Below are positions 54,734-64,000 of a DNA stretch of 64,000 nt, piece by piece; the first letter of the stretch is position 1; the number at the start of each line of letters is the position of its first letter. The DNA is from Rebecca billardiae RCC1528. Lineage: Eukaryota > Protista > Haptophyta. A model generated the notes under the pieces. It saw nothing but the letters and a program-made list of their open reading frames with translations, did no database searches and was not told the origin of the DNA. Location of the stretch: the NCBI GenBank assembly GCA_965240325.2, contig OZ251224.1:3100001-3164000 (forward strand), given 5' to 3'. The translations under genes and the position numbers were made by a program.

Positions 54734-55422
54734 CGTGGTGCTGATTCGTGATTTCGTCCAGCGTGAGCGGCAGCGGCGTGGCCGTGCGGCCGACCGTTGA
54801 TGACTGCAACGCGGCGTTACCGAGCAGTGAACGCGTGTCGCTTTTCAGCAGTTGCCACCACGGAGCGCTTCATAGCCAGGGCCAGTGGCCCAGAACCCGG
54901 CCCAGCAGCTACTGGGCTCGCTGACAGTCCCCTCCGACTCTCCGAGTCCGTCCCATTCCCCGCACAGGGACTCGGCTAGTGGCTGGCCCTCTGCCCACAT
55001 TGCCATTGGCCGCACCCTGGTAGGGGTGCCCCTTCTGCCGTCACTCGGCTCACACTCGATGAGCTCGAATTCCATGAGGCAGTGCACTGCTTGTACGTAC
55101 CCGGGACCACCCCACAGTGTTGGGCTTGTATGATGCTGTTGGCCGAATGGCATACCCCCGCCCCCTCGGCCTCTGGACTCGGCGGGCTGTCCACAGTGGC
55201 CCAGTGGTGACCTGTGGTGTCAGGGCACTACTCACTAGGTGTCTCGGTCAGTGGTTTGAGGTTGGGTGGGGTTGTGGTTGGTTGGGGGCTGGCCAGGGTA
55301 GGGCTGGAGGCATCGGCCGCCAGTCTGATCACCCGGAGCCCGTATCGTTGTAAAGGGGAATTTTAAAATGAGCCTACTACGGGTAGCACTGTCGCAGCCT
55401 GCCTTTGAAGCTGTCACTTGTC

Positions 55423-55840
55423 AGCTGTGTCCGTCTCTTATTCTTGAGTAAATTACTGTACAGTTTACTAAGAATAAGAGACGCACACAGCTACAGTTTA
55501 CTCAAGAATAAGAGACGCACACAGCTCATGCAGGCGCGATTGACGCCCGCCTTGAACTGTCAGTGTCACCGCCCATGAAGGCATGAACGGCAGCCGTCGC
55601 AGATCGGGCCGATGGTAATTTCGCGCCGTGGAAGATTCTGTTCAGCCGTCCGCCTGCGAGGCCTGGATCAGGGCTCGGCGGCGGTCTCGCGGCGCGCCAG
55701 CGCCCGTCGTCCTCGCCCCACCGTCGTCCGAACTCTCCGACTGGGCGCCGATGCGACAGCGCGCCGACAGGATGAGGATGTAGTATGGAATGTGGAGCCC
55801 CACTGTCGGTTGGGGGAGGTGTAGCTACCATATCAAGCAT
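55423..55840 (+). mobile_element. Cluster of Tc1/mariner-like terminal repeats: two ends back-to-back around TA (55459-55460), a tandem extra end at 55492, then a ~350 bp body shared with 37697-38016
   Basis: agctgtgtccgtctcttattcttgagtaaattactg-TA-cagtttactaagaataagagacgcacacagct forms a hairpin, followed by a repeated tacagtttactcaagaataagagacgcacacagct. Confidence 0.75.
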
Positions 55841-57364
55841 TCAAGCGGCAGCCACTGGGCGCAGGAATTTCGGGTGGCGATTTTCTTTTCCGAATATGTT
55901 GGTGATGCCGTCAGAGCACCACCAACCTCTGCCGCTGGCGGCTGCGCTGACAGCGCGCTGGGCGGCGCCGGGGGGCGATACGGGCGCCGACTGCGCGCAC
56001 TCCTGCGGTAGTTGCGTGCCCGCGAAGGCGGTGCGCATGGTTTGAGCGCGGCTGAAGAGCAGCCATTTGCGTCGTTCCGCCGCTCGCCGTTCGGAGTCAC
56101 TGCATCCGCCGCGCCTCAGGCCATCGCGTGCGCGGCACCAACAAGGAAGTCGTGTGCATTCCTCGGCTGACTGCACGCGTGCTGCGAGCAGCGGCGTCGG
56201 CGTCCGGCACTTGGTTGCACTGGGCAATATCCAGGTAGTTCATGCACGCGTCATCGCTCGTCACAGAGTACGCTGCCTGGCATGCGCATCTGCACGGGTC
56301 ACACAGCCGTCATAAGGCATGATCGAGCATCACGCAGCGGTTGGCATCGACCTACGGCGAGGGTCGTGTGAGCATGAAAAGCACTGACATGCGCCCTTCT
56401 GGATAGTGATGTGGTGAGCACATTCCCGCGTGAAAGGAGCGCGCGCCATTCAGGCACCGGACGCGGCGTCGGGGCTGGATGCTCACGTCTTGGGCAGGCT
56501 GATGCTGCCTTCCGGCTGCACGGGTGCGTCCATCAAGGCTGACCGTGTGTGCGCGATGCGCACCGTGAAGTTCGACAGGAACGTCCAGGCGTGAGCTACT
56601 GCTTGACAAGGTAGTACACACATTCATACACGCGCCGTGTCATCCGAGGAGGCACATACACGCAGGCCATGGGCCTCGTTCAGGAATGTTTTGCATTGCA
56701 CGCATGTATGTTCGTACTACCTCGGGCCAAGATTGACGTCGGAGCACACGTCAGGGAGGTCAGTGCCGAGGCAGAGCGGGACAACAGCCACGTGTGCGGC
56801 GACTCCGTGCGAGCGCACATGCTGCGCGTCGCCGCAGATCAGCATGGCGTGCGCTGCAACGTCGTCGTCGGGCCAGAGCCTTGTTTGTTCGACCAATCGA
56901 ATCGTATGATGCAATCAGCACACCTGAACGCAGCTGTTCGGACCCGCGCTCATGCGCGGCGGCGCAAGGCAGCGCAGTGCGTACAGTGTAGTTTCTCGCC
57001 ACGCGGAAGCGCATGCTCCGTGTTTGTCTCGCCTCGCATGGCGCACGCGGGCGAGGCTGGCCGTGTGGCGGTGTGCACAGACATGCTGGCCCGAGGCAAG
57101 TACAGCCGAATGCGAAGCGCGGGCGAAGCGGCGAATGGCACTTCAACACGACTGCCCAGCCTAGCTCGCCGGCTCTGCGCTCGCGGGATCGTCCACACGC
57201 ACGGGAGCGCGGCGCCGTCGCCCGCTCGCCCGAGACGCGCGCGGCCGCCGCGAAGCGCGCGGCGGAATAAATGCAAGGCAGAAATAAAAAGCGTGCCGAT
57301 TTTCTCCGACCCTGGGTGCCGTGTGCATCCCCAGTGGACAGTACCGTGATTCTGATCGGCAGCA

Positions 57365-58885
57365 ATGGCGGCCGCCGCCATCGTCGTCCTGGCCTCGTGC
57401 TGTGGAGCGGCCAGCGATGCGAATCGCTCGAGGCCCCTCTGGGCTACCCTGCACATCGGGCCGATGAAGACGGGCTCGACGGCAATTCAGCTTCACGTCG
57501 TCGCCCGCAGTGCGGAAGGCCCGTTCCAACAGCTGCTCGTGAAGCAGGACAGCGTGGACGTGCCCTTCACCCCCGTCGTGGGCACTGGGAGGAAAACTCC
57601 GAGCTCAATGAAGAAGGGGTATACCGCTGGGCACCACACGAATCAGCAGGCAGGCATCGCGGGGTCGGCATCAGGAGGCGCGACACGAGCCGACAGGCGG
57701 CGAGAATGGAGCAACTTCCTCAGCCAGCTCAGTGATGCGGCGGCCCATCGACGCAACGTGCTGATCTCGAGCGAGTTCTTCTCGCTCGAAAGTGTGCGTG
57801 GCGAGCTGGTACTCGCAGCCCTACGCCCCTCGTATAATGTGCGCATCGTCGTTGTCTACCGCCGCTTCTTCGAGTGGATCACATCCTACTACAACGAGCG
57901 GTACAAGGTCGATCACCGCGGCACGCACCCGCAGCCGTCGCTCAGGCTGTGTGCGGCCGGGCTGCACCTCACGCTGCGCGAGTTCCTCAGGGAGTGGAGC
58001 CTGCACCCTGATGCCCACGGTCTCTCCCCCTTCGGCGCGTACGTCCACTGGGCACACGTGCTGCGCCGCAATGACGCGGGCAGCGGCAGTACGGCCCGGA
58101 TCAGCGTGCTCAACATGCACGACGATGCGCGCGGGCCCCTGCTCACGCGCTTCATTTGCGAGCACACGGGTGCGACGCGCACGTGCGACTGGCTCAGAGG
58201 GACGCGCCCGGGCCAGCGACTTGCGGCCAAGACCCGCCCGAACGGAGGCCTGCCGTTTACGCTGACGGCGCTTGCCGATATCGTGGTGGGCAGGGCCAAG
58301 CGCGGGCTCATCGCAGCGGATGACTCGCGCTGGGACAAGCCCTTGAGCGTGGCGGTGCATGCGGCGGAGGCTTGGTACAAACGCGCAGGGGTGAAGCCGC
58401 CGCACGCGTGCATTCCCACGGCCGAGCTCAGATGGGTGTGGCGGCGCTCGATGTCAGACGAGGCGTTCCTCCTGCCTGATTGGCACGATGTGCGCAGGTT
58501 GAGTACGGCATTCGAGGCGAAGCTGCCTGGGGCGCGGCACGGCAACTCAACGCATTTCTGCTACGGTGACGCCGATGCGACATTCGGCACAGTCGACGCT
58601 GGTGCAGCCGATGGCAGCAAGCTGTATCGCGATGGTCATGGTGAGGCTGGAGGCGCCAGTGGACGTCGCGATCATCATCACATTGGCGACGCGCCTGGGG
58701 ACGCGGTCCTCGACTTGAATCATATGGACGCGCTGTGGATGAAGTCAATACTCATCCATGAACACAGCAGCATCCCAGGGGCGGACCAGAAATGGATCAA
58801 TGCGAATGGTACTAGCATTATTGCCGACGCTCCTGATGGCCTCTTTGCCGACGCTACTCATGGCCCGCTCCTTGGTTGGCTTTGA
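57365..58885 (+). CDS. Secreted or membrane sulfotransferase-like (P-loop) protein
   Basis: Signal-like N-terminus, TLHIGPMKTGSTAIQ, NVLISSEFFS and VRIVVVYRRFFEWITSYYNE. Confidence 0.8.
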   Translation: MAAAAIVVLASCCGAASDANRSRPLWATLHIGPMKTGSTAIQLHVVARSAEGPFQQLLVKQDSVDVPFTPVVGTGRKTPSSMKKGYTAGHHTNQQAGIAGSASGGATRADRRREWSNFLSQLSDAAAHRRNVLISSEFFSLESVRGELVLAALRPSYNVRIVVVYRRFFEWITSYYNERYKVDHRGTHPQPSLRLCAAGLHLTLREFLREWSLHPDAHGLSPFGAYVHWAHVLRRNDAGSGSTARISVLNMHDDARGPLLTRFICEHTGATRTCDWLRGTRPGQRLAAKTRPNGGLPFTLTALADIVVGRAKRGLIAADDSRWDKPLSVAVHAAEAWYKRAGVKPPHACIPTAELRWVWRRSMSDEAFLLPDWHDVRRLSTAFEAKLPGARHGNSTHFCYGDADATFGTVDAGAADGSKLYRDGHGEAGGASGRRDHHHIGDAPGDAVLDLNHMDALWMKSILIHEHSSIPGADQKWINANGTSIIADAPDGLFADATHGPLLGWL

Positions 58886-59142
58886 TGACCAATTTGCTAC
58901 TGATCCGCCGATGATCAATATCGATGATGATTGACCGGACAATGATTGAGCGCGCAGCCATTATTTCCACTGCTGTCATGTGTCGTGCTGACTACCAATT
59001 ACCGCCTTCCGCCGCATCATCGTCTCAGCCGAAGTTCGTCTCGCGTCATAGAAGTCACAGAGATCATCATCAATTATATTAAGGCGCGCTGCTATCTCTC
59101 TCTCTCGCTCCCTCTCTCTCTCAGACACTGACAGACTCAGTG

Positions 59143-59329
<187 letters not shown>

Positions 59330-59356
59330 AGTCTCTCTCTAGCTACTGTAGCTAGT

Positions 59357-59536
59357 CAGGGGCGTTCCCCGCACTGGTCATATACGCCAAATCGAACCGT
59401 GTTCCTATTGAAATGGGCTTCCTCTATTTCAAGCGGGTACATTTGATTACGGCCCGCGCCAGTCCGGTAGCAATGCCCCCCCCAGGGGGGGGCATTGCTT
59501 TCGGGAGCGTGTGGCAGGATCCCGGGAACGCCCTTG
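59357..59536. mobile_element. Possible ~180 bp MITE with 13 bp TIRs and an internal hairpin
   Basis: caggggcgttccc ... gggaacgcccttg (1 mismatch), with an internal gcaatgcccccccc-a-ggggggggcattgc-type stem. No clear TSD. Confidence 0.45.
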
Positions 59537-59894
59537 TGTAAACGAGCTGCTCTCACTCAGACTCATGCTCTAGCTAAGAGAGTAAGATCGACTACGGCCA
59601 GCTCTCTACTCTCTCTCTAGCTCTAGCTCCGACGGGCTCAGACGTGAGCCTACGGAGATGGGAGAGCACGTTCACAGAGCTCTCCGGTCTCCCGTCTCCG
59701 CCTGTGTAAACGAGCTGCTCTCACTCAGACTCATGCTCTAGCTAAGAGAGTAAGATCGACTACGGCCAGCTCTCTACTCTCTCTCTAGCTCTGGCTCCGA
59801 CGGGCTCAGACGTGAGACTACGGAGATGGGAGAGGGCAGAGGCGACTCGGAGAGCACGTTCACAGAGCTCTCCCCGGGTCTCCCGTCTCCGCCT
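59535..59894. repeat. Two-copy tandem repeat of ~170-190 bp
   Basis: tgtgtaaacgagctgctctcactcagactcatg... starts at 59535 and at 59703. Copy 2 has a ~21 bp insertion. Confidence 0.9.
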
Positions 59895-60184
59895 GTCTCA
59901 TCACTACTACTAACTTAGCTTAGAGTCTCTTTCGAAGTGATGAGCTCTCTGATTGACTGATATATAGCTCTCTAGTCGATCTCGAGATCACTCGGCTCGG
60001 CCGGCACTCAGCGGCTCGGCACTCAGACTCTAGCTAGTGGCCGCGTCTCTCTCTCAGAGTCTCTCTCTGGCGTCTGGCTTCGTCTCGTCGTCTCTCTCTC
60101 TCTCTCTCTCTCTCTTACTCTCTCTCTCTCTCTCTCTAGCTACCTGCACGCCACCATCCTGTGTCACGGCGGCGGTCGGCGTCA

Positions 60185-61132
60185 TCAAGGCCAGGCGCCA
60201 CTCGCCCGCTGCAGCGCCTCCAACGCTACTACACCGACGCTGCTCCGGCGGCTGCGCTGCGATTCGGCGCGCGCGCGCAACTTTGAACGCCAATCCGGAA
60301 AGCACGCGTTGCGCATCGAGCCCGAGAGAAACTCCAACGGCACGACTGGCCGAATCTGGCGCGCGTTGACGCGCGGCCCGAGCACGCCCTTGTTCAGGTC
60401 TTCGCAGCAGTGGCATCCGCCGAGCAGCTCGCACACTGACTTCTCGTATCTCTGGATGAGCCTGCGGTGGTTGGTATTCTGGTAGTAGGCCTGGCAGGCG
60501 AGATGCGGGGAGGTGTTCACCATCTCGGCTTGCTGCTGCAGACGATGCAGGTGCACGTCCCAGCCTTTCAGCAGCTTACCGCCCTGCTCGCGATAGGCCA
60601 CGAGGCAACCGCGCAGGTCCTGGTACAGCGCGTGTGTGCGCACCCAGCAGTCGACGTCCATGGTCGGCAGGGACTCCCACACCCGCATCGTGAGGCAGCC
60701 CGAGCTCAGTTGGAGGAAGCGCAGGAACGCGTCCATGTCGCTCGAGTCCCGGCGTGCAAACAGCGTTGGGTCGACCCTCTGAAGGTACATTGCAAAGCTC
60801 CCCGAGCGCTGCATGCCATACGAAAAGAGAGAGACGTGGTAGCTGCAAGGGTCGCGCAGCGAGGCGATGACGAAATGGCGCTGCCTGTCGCCAAGGAACG
60901 AGGGCATGAACTCGTCCCTGATGCTCACTGTGGCGCGCGGCACAAGCGTCTCGCGAAACGGCTTCGCATCGCGCCCAGAGATCCGGTTGGCCTTTACTTG
61001 CCCGCGCGGCGAGAAGAGCGCCTTGAGCGTGGTGCCGCCGCACTTGGGGATATGGTTGATCAGAAGGCGCGTGCGGTTCCCAAACGTTCGCGGCGCCGCC
61101 AACGTTGCCAACGCCACTGTCCATAGCAGCAT
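60185..61132 (-). CDS. Sulfotransferase family protein with a signal peptide
   Basis: MLLWTVALATLAA, 5'-PSB INHIPKCGGTTLK and 3'-PB VIASLRDPCSYHVSLFSY. Confidence 0.85.
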   Translation of the reverse strand: MLLWTVALATLAAPRTFGNRTRLLINHIPKCGGTTLKALFSPRGQVKANRISGRDAKPFRETLVPRATVSIRDEFMPSFLGDRQRHFVIASLRDPCSYHVSLFSYGMQRSGSFAMYLQRVDPTLFARRDSSDMDAFLRFLQLSSGCLTMRVWESLPTMDVDCWVRTHALYQDLRGCLVAYREQGGKLLKGWDVHLHRLQQQAEMVNTSPHLACQAYYQNTNHRRLIQRYEKSVCELLGGCHCCEDLNKGVLGPRVNARQIRPVVPLEFLSGSMRNACFPDWRSKLRARAESQRSRRSSVGVVALEALQRASGAWP

Positions 61133-61379
61133 GGTGCGTGATCAAAAGCTGGGCGCGTTCGTGAGCGCTCCCGCCGCTCCGCGTACGAAGCAGAGTCGTC
61201 GTCGTTCGCTGCAGCCATGCGCTTCACAACCAAAGCCCGCCCGACCCTGTCCCGGACGGTCGGACAGGCGGGAGCGCCCGGACTCACGGATTGAACCCTG
61301 CCGGAACAGAGGCAACCACCGCCCCACACAAGCGAGCGGGGCGTGCACGGTGGTCAGCGCCGCGCGCGGCCCGGCGGCG

Positions 61380-64000
61380 ATGGATGGCAAAGACAAGGAG
61401 ATCGGCAGGTGCGCCCGCGCGCCGCAGCACAGCGTCGTGCGCGAACTGCCGCCACCCCTCCCCCGCTGCCTCACCCGTGTCCGCACCCCGCCGCCGTGGG
61501 CGCGACCGACCCGCTCGCTCGATCGGCTGCCCTTTGAACTGCGCACGCGCGCGTCCCCTCGCGCAGCCTGTACGCCATCACCGGGCCGTACACGGACCGC
61601 ATCTTCCCCGTGAAGCACGAGGGCGGGCTCATCGGCCGCTCGCGCAAGTGCCCGGTCTCGCTCCTCCACGACTGCGAGGTGTCGCACAACCATGCGATGG
61701 TCGAGCAGCACGCGCACGCCGAGTCGGGCTTCTGCATCCGGGACATCGGCTCGACGTTCGGCACGTACCTGAACGACAAGCGGCTGTCCGAGCCGAAGCG
61801 GGCCTCCGAGCCGTACAAGCTCAAGCCGGGCGACACCGTCAAGGTCGGGCAGACGACGCTCAAGTGGCAGCCGAGGCAGCACCTCGACGCGGCCGCGATC
61901 GCCCTCCGCGTGCCGATGCCGCCGCACAACCCGACCGCGTACGGCGGCGCGGACGCGGAGCTGGCGAAGCTGGCGGAGACGCTCAAGCTCGAGGACCGCT
62001 CGCTGTGCGACAAGGCCGCGACCGTCGAGCTCGCCGTCGTCGCGCGCCGGCTCGAGCAGCTGCTGCGCGTGCACGCGCACGCGCATGATGCGCCCGCGCC
62101 CGGAGGGCTGGGCGATGCCGGCGAGTGGCGCGCTCTGCTGCGCGCCGAGTGCGAGTCGCTGCGGCGGGACACGCGCGAGCTGGTCGAGTCGCAGCGCAAC
62201 GCGCTGAAGAGTCTCCTCGGCGCGCAGGTCGCGGTGTGGGCCGAGCTGCGCTCCGCCACCGCCGAGCTCGCCGGCAACGCCGGCGGCGCGCCGCCGCTCT
62301 CGCAGCGCGCGCTGCAGTGGCTCCGCGACGTGAACCATCACGCACGCTGGGGCTACCGCGTGGTGCGGCAGGCGCAGCTGTGGCTCGACGCGCTCGAGGG
62401 CACGATCATCTCGAGCGCGCTCGCCGAGGCCTCCCTCGCTCCCGCCCTGCAGCGCCAGCGCATGCTCGACGCGGACGCGCGCACGCAGCACGCGGCGCTG
62501 CTCGCGTGCCTCTCAGCCGAGCCGGTCGACGGCGCTGAGGCGCTTGACGCCCGAGAGCGCCTCGCCGTGAGCGAGTGGGAGCTGCTGCAGCAGCAGCGGG
62601 CGCAGCCGGCGCTCGCGAGCGCGGAGGGCGAGCGCAAGCCGCGCCCCGCCCTCGCCATCGACCCCGCCGAGCTGCCCGAGGTCACGAGCGTGCTCCATGT
62701 GCTGCTGCTGCTGCCATGGTCTCGGCATGCCTACAGGATGTGTGCGCCGCCGTCGCCGCCGGCGCGCGCGCTCGCGGGTGGTGCGGAGGGGTGCTTCGGC
62801 TGCGAGGCGACGCTGGACGACACGCTGTGCATCCTGCAGCCGTGCCACCGCCCCGCGCCGCAGCTCGCCACGCTGCACCGCCGCCTCACCCGCCTCGCGC
62901 TCGCGCAGGCCTCGGGCGCGCCCGGCACGCAGCACGTCGCTCGACTTCTGTCCGTGTGGCGTGAGACGGCTGACGGCAGCGGCGCGCTGTGGGTGCACCT
63001 GGCGCACCCGGAGAGCGTCGAGGGCGGGCACGCGGCGCTGGTGCGCGCGGGCATGCGCGCCGACGCGCGCGCAGGCCCCGCCGCGCCCGACGCGCGCGAC
63101 GGCCTCGTCGCGCAGATCGGCGCCAACTGGCGGCGGTCGATCGTCGAGCTCGGCGCAGCCCTGAGCACGCTCTCAGCACACGGCCTCTCGGCGGCGGGGC
63201 TGAGCGAGGCGGACGTGGCGCTGACGCCGGGCGGGAGCGTGGCGCTCCTCTCGCTCGGGCTCGCGCGCCTCGGCTCGGCCGAGCGCCCCGTCGGCACCTC
63301 CGGCTGGCGCTGGGCGGCCATCCCGCCGGAGGCGCACGATCTCGCGCGCGGCGAGCTCAGCCTGGCCGGCGGCGGCGGCGCCGCGCCTCAGGACGGCGGC
63401 GCGGCAGCGGCGGCGCTGATGCTGCACCTCGGTGACGACGACGCCGCCACGGCGGAGGGGCAGCCGTGCGCGCCGCCGACGTGGGCGGCGGACGTGTGGG
63501 GCCTCGGCGTGCTCCTCTGGCGCATCCACTTTGGCGACGACTGCGCCGCCATCGAGGAGTTCCTGCGCGCGCCGCGCGCGAACCGACCGTCGAGCGTTCC
63601 GCTTCCGGCGCGCGCGGACGCTCAGCTGGCGTCGCTGCTGCGGCAGCTGCTGTGCGCCGAGCCGTTGGCGCGGCTCTCGCCGAGCGCGGTGCTTGCACAC
63701 CCGCTGCTTCTGCCCCTGCCACCAACCTCGCGCGCAGCCTCGCTCCCGGACTCCGCCGCCGCGCTGCTCAGCGCCGACGACGACGCCCCGCACGTGGCGG
63801 CGGCGATCGCACAGGCAAGGCGCGCGCTCGGCGCGGCGCGCGATCGCGTGCGCGCGGACGCGGAGGCGAGCGGCAGCGCGCCGGCGGTGGTGAGCGTGCG
63901 CGCGGGCCCGACGCTATGCTCCGACATGCTCGCCGCGGTCGCGCAGCTCTCCGACGCGCAGCTCCTCGCGCCGCTCGCCCTGCGCGTCGTCGAGCTTCCG
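61380..64000 (+). CDS. FHA domain + kinase-like (pseudokinase) protein, possibly continuing into a HECT domain; 3'-truncated by the window; intron 61409-61566
   Basis: Missing from the ORF track because there is no stop in the window. Hand translation gives the FHA motifs LIGRSRKC..VSHNHA..IRDIGSTFGTYLN..LKPGDTVKVG. It also gives kinase C-lobe motifs IPPE, AADVWGLGVLLW and LLRQLLCAEPLARLSPSAVLAHPLL in the same frame. Confidence 0.85.

Overview
This window is very GC-rich, gene-dense eukaryotic nuclear DNA with short spliceosomal introns (GT-AG and GC-AG). It also carries ciliary genes and NRT2 transporters, so a flagellated alga such as a haptophyte is a reasonable inference, though not proven. 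About 22 protein-coding genes can be supported. They include a TPR/F-box-like protein, ODA-DC1/CCDC151, two MFS transporters, a CAD-family alcohol dehydrogenase, an inositol monophosphatase, a soluble fumarate reductase ending in -SKL, a RING-H2 ligase, CHMP1/DID2, a LIG4-like DNA ligase, CCDC57, Tousled-like kinase, a villin-headpiece protein and three sulfotransferase-like proteins. There is also a near-identical head-to-head NRT2 pair, and an FHA-pseudokinase-(HECT?) gene that runs off the right edge. Most genes sit in divergent pairs with start codons about 100-300 bp apart. The largest non-genic structure is an ~8 kb block (4.7-12.7 kb) of two abutting, unrelated satellites (~225 bp and ~218 bp monomers), each with a higher-order repeat pattern. 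Other structures are a second inverted duplication at the left edge, a 3'-end tandem duplication, several non-autonomous transposon-like ends and microsatellites. Most ORFs in the six-frame track are GC-driven shadow ORFs. Coordinates were counted by hand and may be off by a few bases.
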